Shown piece by piece: positions 38,349 through 52,700 of a stretch of 64,000 nucleotides of DNA. Positions within the stretch are counted from its first letter, which is position 1. Every line of letters starts with the position of its first letter. Origin of the DNA: Amphiscolops sp. MND2022 (Eukaryota); assembly GCA_964187785.1 (NCBI GenBank), contig OZ076409.1, positions 11,472,001-11,536,000 on the forward strand, written 5' to 3'. A model generated the notes under the pieces. It did not search any database and was not told the origin of the DNA. It was given only the letters and a program-made list of their open reading frames with translations. The translations under genes were made by a program, and so were the position numbers.

Positions 38349-40622
38349 GTTTCTTACAACCCCCAAGCGATCGCGGGGGAAAATAACAATGTTCAGATAC
38401 CATTATGTAGACATCGTTTGCGCTGAAATTTGGGTCGAATAAAATAAATGATGTCGACATAATACTATCTTTTACATTGATGTCGAAATAGTCGACCAGC
38501 GGACTTAAAAGTCGCTCATTTTAATTTATGGCGGAGAAAACTTGCATAAAAATAGCGGCTTTCCTATGCAACTTTAGCTTGTTCCAAGGGTAAATTTTTG
38601 CTTTTTGTAAGAAAAATCAAAATTCCGGATAATTTTTTGCAGCAAGGGTAGAAACAACTCTAGAGACTATCCTCTAAGTATTAATAGCCATATCGATATC
38701 AATCTCTTTTATTCGCCCAAAAAGCTTTTTCACGCATAAAAGTTGTTTTCGTGTTGGGGGAAATAAGAAATAAGGTGTATCGGAGGTGAGGGTGTGTTGA
38801 AGGTTTGGGTAAATACGAAACATTGTCCGCGTAGTCTTCTCTTTCGAATACCTAGCCAAGAAAAGTGAAATAATATCTGTCCTCTTTCTATCTTTGCTTC
38901 GCCAATTTTGCAACATGTTAATTTAATATGCTCAGAGTCTGCATAGAGACCCCAGTTCACTTTTGCAAATTTTCTTTACGAAATTGTTGCTATGGAGAAT
39001 ATTTTGGCACCCTAGATACAGCTTAACTTTAGAATTGAAAAGGAAAGAAAAAGTGAGACTTAGTTTTCGCTTCCAAAACATACCAACTGAGAAATAGAAA
39101 ACAAGTAGATTAATTTACATTCATGTACATAGTTAGTAAGGTAAATACCAGCACCAATGTAATTGAAAATTTCAATAGGTAATCTCAATAATCTTTACTG
39201 AAGAAACATTTCTGTATTATTGAAAGTATTGTATTATACAGTTCTGAAAAATTGAGTTCTGAACATTATCCATTCTTCTTCAATACAAATTTATGCCGAA
39301 CTTCTAAAATAATTTATCATGTTGTATGGTTGTATGAAACCTCGTAGCCCATGCTTCACTATTTATGATAATTTTTATTCCTTTCGTTCTCCAAATTTCT
39401 CCGTAAGTTCAATTTCCAAAATCAGTTATTTCTTCTAGAGCTACTAGATTTCAAAGTGACAATGAAATAGAATCATCAGTCAAATCCAGTATACTTCACG
39501 CGTACTGGCACTCCATAGCAAGCCACCGGTGGTTTTTTAGGCAGTCAATTCCGTTTCCACAAGAGAAAAATTCTCGAAAACTTGCAAAAAAGTGATTCAG
39601 ACACGCTTGACAACGTGAATTTTGCTTGTCATCTTTTTTCACATGCATTTCAAATGTTTTCTCTCGTTTTGAAGAATTATCAGTAGTTTCAGAGGGTTAC
39701 CTTAATTCCCCGGATAGCATTGAGGACGCTTTCTGGCAGTGCGTTTCCTGAAGTCGCTGGATAGATAGGACTTTTTCCTAGATTAGATTTTGATGATTTC
39801 TAGATGAAAATGGCCCAGATTTGGAAGATCACGTTCACTTACTAAAAATCCAATCCTGTTGAGTAAGATCTAAAATCACTGAATTCTGGTGGACTGCGAT
39901 TGGTTGCCAACCCGCGCACTTATACTTTGAAAAATTTTATTTAAAAAGTTCACAGGAAAGTAGACCATTCAAGGGCAAATTAATTTAGTTTCAGTTTAAC
40001 TCAATAAGTTACGCGTAATCAAATAATCAGATCACTGCTTCAGATAGATAGTTTTGTAAAGTGCATTTGCAGAATTTATGACAAAAAAGTGGCAGCCAGC
40101 CAAATGACAAATTGGTAGGGATTTCATCAAAAAGTCACACATTTAATTTGAGAGAAACAAGAGTAAAAAACTCTATACCTGCACTGGGCTTCTTGCATAA
40201 AAAGGCATAACTGTCAGAGGTTTATCTGACATAACTGAATATTTGACCACGGAATTCTTTCACAATTTCATGCGGAAAAGTCCATTCGAATTCAAAAGTT
40301 TCTCACGCAACTAAAACCTCAGTTCTGCGGTGATATTTTTACATTGGTCACGGAAAAATTGATCAAACTACGGCTCTCACAGCCCTCAAAGGCAGATAGA
40401 CTAAATTATATTTTACTGCGATAACCGATCAAGATAGAAATTGAGTTGGTGGAAAATTGAGTTCGTTACGACGAGGCAAGGAATATCATATCTGAAGGCC
40501 GCCATGTTAAGTAGCAAGTTTAAGAAGTTATATGAAGAAAAGGCAGAAGCGGTTTATGCATTGATAATTTGAGTCATAAAATTTGGTCACTGAATTGTTG
40601 AATTGTGTAAGGCGGTGACGTC

Positions 40623-40773
40623 TTAGATGGGTGCCATTGATCGGCGCTCGGCAGGGGTCAACTCAGGGTGCCATAGGTCGACAATGAGAACCAATCGAAA
40701 TGACTTGCCATTGTGCCACACTTCATGTTCAAATGAGTCATCAAACAGAAGCACCTTGCCCTCTTGCCACTCC
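40623..40773 (-). CDS. ASPH: ASPH exon 10 (catalytic C-terminus)
   Basis: EWQEGKVLLFDDSFEHEVWHNGKSFRLVLIVDLWHPELTPAERRSMAPI*; TGCAG acceptor. Confidence 0.97.
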
Positions 40774-43700
40774 CTGCAAAAACAACAACCACCCATTATA
40801 TACAGGTGTGAAAAGAACACCCTCGCAGTGGCTGTTATTTTCTGATCATAAGTTTTTTGGTATGACATGCGTTTCTTTGAAATATTCATTCATTTGCTGA
40901 TAGAAAAATTTATTGCTATTCTATTGCAACTGAGAACTCGGACATTGATAAACTAATAGTCTACTATCCGTTTCTTTTTCACTCATATGAAAAATGATGT
41001 ATTTAATTTTAATTTTTTCTTCAAATTTTGTCTCTTCCCATACAACTGGTCTGTCTCACTGGTTTCAATTGAATTTGATTGACAAGCCGTTCTTTTTTTA
41101 GAGAATACCAGTACCTCTTCGTAAGTGTACCAGACAAGTTCGATGACACTCAAAAGACGCTTTAATTTTATGTTATCGCAAAATTGCAATAAAGTTTCTC
41201 GAAGGTATTGGGAGATCATTGTTTCGCAAAATAGACCTTGAAAGACACAGACTCATTTCAGCAGTAAAATAATCAAGGGAAACAGAAGCATTGAAATGCA
41301 GCTTTACATGAATGGGAACCTTTCGATGATTTACCACTCTTGGATGAAATTGCGGAGGAATGCGATTACTTGAAACTTTCGCTAACTTTCATGGTGTCTA
41401 AGGAATAACGTCTAAGGAATAACATCTGAATACGAAACGGGAATAACGTCTAAAGCCAAGTCGTGCTCATTCCCTATCTTGAAACATTCAATTTTAGCCG
41501 CTATTCCTCTAGACATTATTCCCTAAAAACACTTTTAGACGTTATTCCTTAGCCGTTATTCGGGCACCTGAACGTTCGCTCACTGTAAATGGTTCTGTAT
41601 ATTTGGTTTTTCACGAGGTAGAAGCTAAAACGAGGTCTAACCTGACGTCATCGCCGACACGGATTTTGGGTCCTTCTGGCACAACCAATCCCAAATGACT
41701 TCTGATGCGACAGTTTGTGGGTCCTGTGTGAGGCCACACGTAAGTCCCAGGTTGCATCACTGAGAACTTGATCTGAAGTAGAAGTGAACTTTTATTTCAT
41801 CCAATGATAAAATTACACACTCGATTGAGGAGACAAATCAGTCTATTGACTCCACTAGTTGGGACCTGGGGGGACCATTTAGTATTGAACAAAACTTGAA
41901 CAATTTAGAAAAACAATTCGAATAACCAGAGATGACCATAGCTCGAAATTCTATTATAGTCAATTATAGCAATGCTATATTAAACGCTGTTATTAAAACA
42001 GCAGCAACTATTATAGCGGCTATAATATGAACATATATGGAATTTCAATAACAGAATTCTATAATTGCCGTTATTATTGACCAATCATACATCTCGATGA
42101 GGTTGGGTACCTCTCGATGAATAGAAGAATGAGAATTTTGCCTCTAAATTTGAAAACTAGATTCATCGTTGACTGTTATAATAATTAGTTCATAGTCTTC
42201 AATGTTTCGTTTTTTTTTTCAAAAAAATGTCAACTGTTTTCTCCTTAGCTGACTACCCTAGATGGGCGCAAGGATTGCAGCTATAATCATACTATTGACA
42301 AAAAGTGGATCTATAATAGAATTCTATTTATTTTTAATTAAAAGGAAAAGCTATAATAAATTCTATAATCAATGATTATAGGGTCATCTCTGCGAATAAA
42401 TCTTCATTATCTACCATGTACAAAAGTTATTTTCTTAACGTAATATTTAATTTGGATCCTTGTTAATTCCTGTAAATTATTTGGTATTAAGTTGAAGTAC
42501 GTCAACCAGTTATATACACCCTCGTTCGTCCCTCTTCCTGCAGCGGAAGGTCCTGTGATGGCGTCCGACTATCCTCCTTCCTCAGCGACTACTGATGAGA
42601 GCTCTCATGCTCCTTACTATCCGCAGTGTATGTACTTTCATTCCGATTATTCACTTCAGCCAAAACCACACGTTTTCTACGCTTGTCAATCGGTAAATGA
42701 TCTTTTTTTGTTCAGACTACTTTCCTTGGTACACCACCCTGGGAAGCATTTCTCTGGGATGGTACGACCGCTATGTCCGCGAGGTGCTTCGTGAAAGCAT
42801 CCTTCAGTATAGTAAGTATCGTTTTATCTATTGTTCGTCCGAACTGCGCGATGTAATTCCGATGGTTTTTCTTCCATCTCATCTTCATGCAGAGCCCTTA
42901 TGGTAGAACTCTTGGCGATGTATTCGTTATCAACTTCGTAAGATTTTGATTTTGTCTCGGCACTCTTTCTGGCGATGTCCTTCTGATAAACTCTGCATCT
43001 TTTCCTTGCCTTTCTTCATGTGATTTTTTTTGTTGACTTCTCACTGTTTTCTTTAATCTCTACTTCGAATCCGTATTTTCTTTCAGGTACTACTCCGATC
43101 CATGCTCCTAGGCCGCTTCCAGCCTGTGTCTCGGTAGGGGTTGGAGCTACTGATTTTCCTGCAACTTCGTTTAACCCTTGCGTCCATGTTGGAGAGTTGC
43201 ACGCTGAGCTTTCGTCCTTCTTGAACGAGTTGACGTTCGGTGCAACCAGTTCTCCCATCATGCAAAGGAGGTCTGCAGGAGTCACTTCCCCTAACTTCAG
43301 GCAGTTTCTAAACATGGAAGGCTCTGCCAGCAATCCTTTTCATTCTCGGGTGTAGGTGGACGCTTCAACTTCTGTTTGTGGTCACCTTGTTCGCAGTGCG
43401 GATGCCACCACATCCAATCATGATCTTCCAATCCGGGTTGACGCTGCGACCAAAACATAATCCTAACCAGGACGCAGCCACATCCACTACTGGTATCCTT
43501 CATGCAACATTGGACGATCCCATTCCGCCAGGTTCTAATTTTCGCGAGCCTACCGTTCCATCATGTTTCGCTGCTCTTCCGTCCCTTCCTTCGAGTGCGG
43601 ACATCTCATTGGAGAGTTTTTGTCTATACTCCTTAGCGACATGATTGAGGCCTCAGACCCAAAACCCGAATATGTTGTGCTGAGCAGCATCCTCGAAACT

Positions 43701-46700
43701 TCCACACTCGGGGCCAGTTCTGTTCCAAAGTCCGAAAATGGACCTCTCGCTTCCGGAGTTACAGGTTACCTCAATAACTTCAAGATCACGTGATGCATTA
43801 TTATCATTTCAGTGTCCTAGAACTTACAAATTTCTGAGGTAAAAAACATCACCTATTCGTCTCTTTTTGCGTTTTATATTTCGCGGATATAACATCGTTT
43901 TTCATTTTTCACTGGTTTGTTGAAATTTTGCAACTTTATGGACTTACGACGGGAAGATGATGAGTTTCCAACTTTTGTAACTTCGGTATTCATTTTAATG
44001 TCCAGAGATCGAATTTTGACTAGAACAATTTTATGTTTAAACAGGAAGGAATTCCATCATGCCGGGGTGGTTCAATCACCCTTACTGCGGGATCGCACTT
44101 GGGTATGCGCGGTGCCACCAGTCCCGTCATTAATTGTCCTTTGCCTCGTGTGCAAGCGGGTCATCAAGGCGGCCACTAGAGGCATAACCACCTTCCTTGA
44201 ACATTGTCGCGAGCTAGGTCAGCACCGACTGGGTTTGCTTGGCCGCCTTGACACTGCCGCTTGGTTCGCATAAGAAGACGGCTACCGCTACGCCGCGATA
44301 GAATCCTGATGAGCGATGCCGGAGTGGATGAGTGTCGGGCTTTATACGAAGGGGTCGCTGTTGCAGTCCCTGAGTCCTGCCCAGATTACACTGTCGTAGA
44401 CGTCTTCACTTTGGAGCAAGCCGGCCGCCCAGTGTGCGACGATGTACTCGTTGAGGATGATCACAACCGCCGGACCCTTCGCCTCTTCGTGTGCCTTGTA
44501 GTGGACACTTTATACAATGATTGCACCATTGCCAGTTTCCCCCCTTTGTGGGTGGTAATGGTTGCGCCGGATTCACACCGGAAGCACTTGTTCTGTCAAG
44601 GCTGCCAAGACGGTGATGTGCTGGAACTATAATTTCATTACTTTTATTTGTATACAGAGTTATATTTAGGTAGACTTTTTATCGGTTTAAGGCCTGACGA
44701 GGGTTAGCTAGCTTTATTATTTTACCGAGCAAAAGAAAAGGGGACAACATAATGTACTTGTCAATTTCAGTGGGAGGGTTAAATGTTGGAATAAATTTTC
44801 TTTGTTAAATAGCTCATGTTCGCGTGTTTTCAGGGTGCGATTCTGCTAGGGCTGTGGCCTTATGTCATGCAGCAGCTGATCAAATTGTGGTCAGACATCG
44901 CTGCCAACAGTTTTGCGGTGGAAATCGTCGGAGTCGTGTGATAGGTTTCTTTACAGTGTGCTTCTCCGAGACAGTGCCCTGCGACGTCGTGTTCTCCTTG
45001 ACTTACTCCTTACCTTGGCAAGGTTGGCAGCAACGAGTGGTCTCCTGGCTCGTGAATATGTGGTGTTGTCTATTAGGAGAACCTTGGCCCCTTGGTATCC
45101 AGTGCGACCGGTTCCCTCGAAACGACTGTTCCACGGTGGTCGTGGTCATGGATTCATTGAGTTGAAGCCAGTGCACTTGGAGGACATTAATCGCGTACTA
45201 GTAGATGTCAGTTCGAGAACGCTTCGCGGAACCGATCTGCACTATGCCTTGACGTACCTCCAATCCCAATTGCGCACTTTTGCAAGACACCCGAACCTGT
45301 TGGCCTGTCGACACTTATTACAAGTATGTATTGGATACATTGCATGTAGTTGGGACAAACGGGTAGGGTGTGAAGCTCTTGGCGTACATGTTTCTTTCTA
45401 TCTGTGTAATTTACAGGCTGTATTGAGCGGGGAAACAACCCTTTGGAATGTTCCCAAACGTCTGTCAGGACATCAGCAGCAATTCGTCAGGCATCTTGGA
45501 CTTGCTGCGAGTACCGACAGCCTCAGGCCGGAACCAACCTATGGACGTGACTGTCCAGCTGGATCCCGGACTTCCTCTTCGCTTTCAGGTGTTGAGCAGC
45601 GTCAGTCGGGCGCGTTAGTATTACCCGTGTTTAAACACCCGGTTCCGATGTTGTGCATTTGCTTAAGTTAAACACTATCATCACATTTTTACAAGCTCGC
45701 CTAGTAGTCTGCTTTCGGTGTAACAAATTAATATCGAAAGCATCACATTCACCGACGAAAAACGTTTTTTACCGTTGGACCTCATGGATGTCGAAAGTAC
45801 TGGCAATTGGAAGAACAGAAAAGGTGGTTTGGAAAAAAAGTTTTTTAGCCCGGGAGTTATGGTTTAGGCAGGCATTGGATCACGAGGAACAACAATACTT
45901 TTTGTGAAGAGAATGTCGACTCGCAGTATTATCAGAGAATTCTCAATGAGAATTATTTACCGTTCCATCAACAAGGATTCATTTTAATAATAGATAATGC
46001 AACACCTCATACCTCACAATCAACATTAAAGTTTCTGGAAGACAAAAATATTGACGTCCTGGAATGGGCACCTCGCTCTCCAGACTGTAACCCCATTGAA
46101 CATCTTTGGGCGATCATTGTAAGGCGTATTTATGAAGGAGGAAAAGAATACCGAACAATAGAAGACTTGAAAAATGCGATAAAAAGAGTGTGGGAAGATC
46201 TGGAGATAGAACTGATTCAGAAATTAGTCAGGAGCTTTCCAAAACGTCTCATTCAAGTAGTGGCGAATAGAGGAAGGCCAACTCGAACCTATTGAGTTAG
46301 TTTCGTACATTGTTTTTATTTTCGTGAAAATTGTTAAGTTTTCCAAATTTTTCACATACGTTTTAGACAGCCCTGAACATCGAATTTGACCAAGAAAAGC
46401 AAGGAAATCATTCAAGAACAGTGAAAATACTATCATATGGACTAGTTTACTGTATCTTTCCGTTGATCTATACCGTTTTTCTAATTTCTCTGTAATTCAG
46501 ATTTTCTGGCCCAAAAACGTGTTTTCGCATACGTTTTAGACATAGTTTATTTTAAATATATTGTGAAGAACAAATAATTTTTTTCTACACTTCTTGGACT
46601 GTATTTATTTTATTACCATCAATAATTTCAACTTACTAGAATGGTTTTTCCACACGACTATATAGTGACTAAATACGAATTCTTAATAACAATTGGTGAG

Positions 46701-49700
46701 AAATTAATTAAATTGAGTGTCGTGTATTTCGGGTGAAAAATCAAAACAACACATTTTTTAATACTTGCCAACATTAAAATGAATATCAAAATATATTGGC
46801 TCAAAACACAAATACATTGGACCAAAAATATATATTGTTTTGTACAAACCTGAAAATAAATATATTTTAATTTGTCAATATATTTGAATAAAATATATTT
46901 TTTAGTCGGCGCCTTTTCCCTTAAGGAAAAAAGCCCGACTCTTACAGTGAGTAGTTTTTTTTTTTGTTTTTTTCAGTTGACAATCTCACTCTGAGTGGTC
47001 CACTTTTCTTACAATTCTGCAATTCTGCGCAGAAGGCAAACTTTACTCCAAAGGGTCCCCCTTTCAGTTTTTACTTTTTCAAGGAAACATACACAACCGG
47101 ACGTGCCCAAAGGGTCCCCCTTTGGATTTTTTTCGGCACTGTGCGACTTTTTTTCGAAAATTTTTGAAATTTATCAAAGGGTACCCCTTTGCATTTTTTT
47201 TTGAAATTTTCGGTTTGTAGAAAACGTTGAATTAGCCTGAATGGCCTTTTTTTGAGTTTTTCGGCATTTTGCGACTTAAAAAATACTTTTTTTTCGAAAA
47301 AAAATTTCAAAAATAATTTTTTTGAAAAATTTTTTTTCCAAATTTTTACAATAGTTGTTCCTTGAATATTTTTGAGCCTAAGATATGGCGCCGACTTGGG
47401 ACGTTCCCGTCTTGTTTTACATTCCTGTTTCAGACTACTCCACTTTTTACAGTATCACTGTAGTTTTCAAGAGCGATTAATGGGAAATCAAGAGACCACT
47501 ACAAAAGAAACTGCGTAATAGCAAGTCGTTTCGTGACTCTTAAAAACTTGCTATTAAAAAATCTTGCTAATGCGTTATGATTGGTTCGTTCCTATAGGCG
47601 TCTTGCTAATAAACATTAATTGCTATTATGCAACTTGCAATTAAGCAGTTTTTACTGTACTAGCTTGCTTACCTGTCCCCTCTTGCAAGAAGTGGCGGCG
47701 GGTATTTTGTCGATGATGCTGCATGTTATGGGCGTTTTAGTGCAAGCAGCCGCATTTTTCTTGCCTCTCTGGTACAGTGTGAACTGTTTCCAGTCCCCCT
47801 CTTTGCTCAGTCCTTCCGCCTCTTGTTCAAACTCGCCAGTGTTCGCATTCATTATTTTCAGAGCTTCATCTCGTATCTTCAGCCAGTTTTCCTCCAAAAT
47901 CTAATTAAAATTTCATTGAACATATAATTACATGATAAGTGAAGCTTTCTCATTATTAAAAAAACACTAATTGGAAAATCGTCCGCTTCGGGACTCAGGA
48001 AAATCTGGCTCCTGCAAAAAAATCTAAAACCAAATTTAATACTTGAAACCAGAAATTTTTCGAAAAGAAAATGAAAAATTTTTAAGAATATGCAATTCCC
48101 GACATTTCTCAGAATCCTTATTTTTTAAATCTTGCTAACGAAGTGCAAACCCAGTAAATTTCCTTGAATGATCAAGATCTTGGAGTTTGAGCTTTGTTAC
48201 ATGAATAAAACGTAACAAAGCTGTTTGAATCAAAGCGAAAATCACAGCGAAATTGATTTTTTGAATTCAAAACTTGAGCGGCCAAAGCTCTCAGTGAACG
48301 GTTATTTAATCAAGTAAAAATAGTTCGCTTTTTAGTAGCTGCTAAAAAAGGTAGTAACTATAAATACCACGTTGACTGAGAATTGAGTTGAACAAATGGT
48401 TCTGACATTGACTTTAGGTGTTGATAGTATTCCACTTTACGTGAAAATATTGAAAAGAGCGAAAACAAAACTCGTACTGAAAGGAATAGTGAAAAAGTCA
48501 TTATTGTATTGGAAATGAATCTTATGACACTTATTTTTGAAAATTCTTTCAGAGCGGCTAGGCATAAGAAATTTTGAAAAGTTTGAAAATTTACCGCAAC
48601 AGCATCCTTCATGCTTTTGTCGAAATCTTGACTTGACCACCAAGGCTTGGCTTTGATCGGACGATCTGCATTGTAAAGAGATCTTTGTTGTTGCGACAAA
48701 AATGCTCCCTTTTTAGCACCAACTCCATACCAATAATCGGCCTGAAATACTATCACAGTTGAACGATACGATTTTTTAAGATTAAAAGTTCAACGATGAA
48801 CCGTAGAAGTAACGATTAAACGGCTATTAGGACTTGAACTGCAACCTACGTCACGGCGAGAAAGCGACAGTGAAAAGAAAATCGTATAAAATCTCCAACA
48901 AATGGTTTACCAAATGCGGGGCACATTATTATTTCTGCTTTTAGACTTTCATGTTCAATAATAGAAGCACATCTTAACCATTTATGTAGCCCACAATTAA
49001 TAACTCTACCAGTTTCCACCGCCTTTAATTCTTCTCGGACTAAAGAAAATATAACTACTAAGCGTAGACGAAGTTTCGCATTCGCATTTGAATGCAGGCG
49101 AAGCTCTCGGCGAACGAATAATTAAGACTCGTTCGCTTTATCTCAATAACTCGGCGTACGAAAGCATAATTACGAACATTCGCTCGCTTCATCTCAATGA
49201 ATTCGGCGTACGAACGCACAATTACTACTCGCTCGTTTCATCACACGAGAAACAAATTGTTGCCGGCAGCTTGAGAATTTAAATCTCACGCTTATACTCA
49301 CTGCTGAACAAAATATCTGAATTTTTTAGTAGGTACTCGGAATCACGACGAAAATTGAGCTGAAAAAGTTGCATAATTTAGATTTCTATATTACTCTTGC
49401 TGTCGCAGAAATAATCATAAAAGGTCCCTTGGTTACACGAGTTTCAACAATAACAGCATGGTCAGACGATGTCGCTTTAAGTCACCTCTGAATTTTCGAA
49501 CTTCTTTATAGCATCAACTTATTGGCTTTCTGGAAAACATACCGGTGATCAACGTTGTCTTGTTGCAAACGTTCGCACATGTCTAAATGTATATGTCTCT
49601 GGGACGGACATATCACAAATTGTCAACAATCTTAATTTGCAGAAATACGCAACAATAGACTTTCCCAAATACATTTCTCAAATGGTCCGATCTGCTGGCT

Positions 49701-52700
49701 GTTTTATAATGAGAAATTCAACAACAATTTTGTACAATTGAATGTTGTGCATGAAATGCAACATACTTCTTTCTTCTTATTCAGACGAATCAAGGCATTG
49801 CCGAGAGCATTGAACATCCTGCCGTCGTAGACAGCTGGGTCTTCGGAGTTCATGTTGAATCCCTTCTCCAGCACTTCCACTGCATCTTTGTACAACTCCA
49901 GCTGGTTCAGCACGAAGCCCTTGTGCACCAAGTTGAACGCTTCGTCATGACCTTCGTCCAACCTCTGCAAACGGTCAATGATGACAACTTACCATCACAG
50001 AAACCAACTCAGGAGCTGGGCTGTCATATTTAACTGTTGGAAACGTTTTTGACATTTTAACACGTTAATTACGAATTTTAACATGTAAAAAGTTGAAAAA
50101 AATGTGTTAAAATCCAACTATAATGTTCAATGTTGAAGCCTCAACGGTTCAGCTGGTGGAACAGAAATGCCATCTTCCCAGCCTTCTATAACCCCAGAAG
50201 AACTTCTCTATTTTCCACATCTGAGGTCCATTGTCGAGATTTAGTTATTTAATGCAATTTGCCCGTTCGGTACCACCAGGCATATTTTCCTTGAAATGGG
50301 ACCGCCCGGGTTTTTCTCGAGGCATATCAAATATTTCAAAATAGCATAATCTGTCATCTGTTAAGAACATGTGAGAATGAGCTGTTAAAAACATGTGAAA
50401 GACATCGTTGGTAATAACAGTTTGTTACACAGAGGCGAAGCCGTGCTTCGCAAACACTTGCGAACTTTTGAAGAAAACCAAATAAGCAATATCATACGGA
50501 GAGAACCAAGGGTAAAAAGACATTAAAATTTCATCAATTTTACAGCGCCTAAAATACCCGAAGGGATACGCATAAGTTTCGAAAACCATTCTTGCCCAAC
50601 TGGAAACAGCAAAAAACAAAAATTTAAAAAGAAACAGAAAATTGAGGAATTTTTTTCGAAATTTTTCGAAAATACTTTTGATGGTCTCCGGTAAGTCGCA
50701 TAGTGCCGAAAACCTTTAGGAGTCCTTAACTCTCGCAAAACGTTTCGTTTCCGGCAAAAATTGAGGAGGGGCTTCGGTGAAACAAATTTTTAAAAGTCGC
50801 ATAGAAAAACACCGGCCTTTTTTTTAAAAAAATCGGATATAGCGTGCTGTACCTGAGAAAACCTAATTTTAAAACCAAAAATTATTCCTTTTGAAAAATC
50901 TCACAATGCCGAAAACGGTGAAAGAGGGGCTCTTTTGAGATTTTTTAATATCCATTCTGTTGCAAAATTTCTACAAAATTGAAGGGGGACTCTTTGGAGT
51001 CTTTAAAAAATTTTCGAAAAAAAAACAAAAAATGAGAAATTTTAATGACAGTCTCATAGTGCCGAAAAATCTGGAAAAAGGGACCCTTTGGGACTTTTTA
51101 ACATTCGTTCTGTTGCAAGATATCAAACAAAAAGAAGGGTGGACCCTTTGTAGACATCAAAAATTTTTGAAAAAAAAAACAAAAAATGAGAAGGGAGTCT
51201 CAAAAAAACTTTCGAAAAAAAACAAAAATGAGAATTTTGAACAGTCTCATAGTGCCGAAAATTCTGAAAAAAAGGGGGACCCTTTGGGATTTTTTAACAT
51301 TCTTTCTGTTGCAAAATATCAAAAAATTGAAAGGACTCTTTGGGGACATTCGAAAAATTTCGAAAAAAAAGTCTCACAAAGCCGAAAAGTCTCATAGTGC
51401 CGAAAAAAGTGAGAAACTTGTGCTTCAGAATACTTGTCAAAAAATTAGCGCATACCCACGGGTTCGAACACGAAAGCTCTGGGTTGAAAAGCAAGCATCT
51501 TACCACTAGACCACGAACGCGTGAAACGTGCGAGTTGCCGCGTGAAATCAGAGAGTTGTCGCGCGGAAAAAAAAGCACCCGCACTTTCCCATAACACTTG
51601 CTTATCGCAAGTGTAATTAACATGCCAGCTTTGCTCAGGAGATTCATCAGTTTCCTTGCAGGGTTCAAATATTGCCCAATTTTTGAACAGCTGATTTCGA
51701 AGTAGCCAGTTTATGATAAAATACCAATAAAGCATCTATTATCTAAGTGATTTCAATCGGGCTTCCTCTTGGAATAAGTCTTCACTGAATGATTGGAACG
51801 TGGTCAGTGGTACCAAACAGGTCAAAGTAGTCTCTGCAATCTTAAGCATATAATTGAAAAAAAACACTGAATTATATCTTTGTTATTAAAAACAAAATCT
51901 TGGTTTTAAAACAAAGCAGTGTATTACGCTAAAAAAATATTTGTAGTATATATTAATATAATTATTATATTAAATTTCGAAATTCTATTAACTTATCATC
52001 CATCGTGTTTGTAAAACTTATTGTAATAAGTTCTCCTTGACTGAAGTCGTGAGAAGAGTTGGGAAATATATTCAACCAAAGACTTCCAAGAGGCAATGAT
52101 GAACCTTCTGTATTTGATAAGATTTGCTATAGTGTAAAGGTCATAAATTTTATCATATGCACAGGATATTACTGATTCCTTCGGATATAACGTCAAAAAT
52201 TCGGACATAGCGTGCTGGGACAAATGAGACCACTTTTTCCGAAACTCCGCTTTCTCCTGAGGATTTACATCGCAATTTACTTCGGATATAACATCGAAAT
52301 TCGGATATAGGTCAATATTTTTGACCCTCCGCTTCCTCAGAAAAACACAATTTACTTCGGATATAACGTTAACCTTAAGTTGGCCAGGAAAAATCTGGTT
52401 CCATCCAAAAAACGGGTGCTTCAACTTTAAACCGCAATATCTCCTGAACTATACAAGTCCGACAAACGATTTATACAGCGTTCGAAAGAGGAGCATTGGG
52501 ACTTTCAAATCAATTAATAAACTGCTATGCTTGGGGCCCGCTAGCGCGGGCCCCTTGCGTGCAAAGTTTTTTGCGCTAAGTTCTCCGCTGGCGTGCGGCT
52601 TCGCCGCACTGGCTCCGAACTTTGCGCCAAAACTTTGCACGCGTCGTGTCTCTGCTTGCTTTTCAGCATGTTTCAAAACATGCTGGGGCCGCTTTGACCC

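Noticed and set aside
51448..51520. Functional tRNA gene (also 62114-62185)
   Set aside because: A and B boxes are present, but acceptor and anticodon stems do not form a proper cloverleaf.
51600..51840. Additional ASPH exon
   Set aside because: Frames after the candidate acceptor hit stops, and exons 5 and 6 already join in phase with the expected ASPH sequence.
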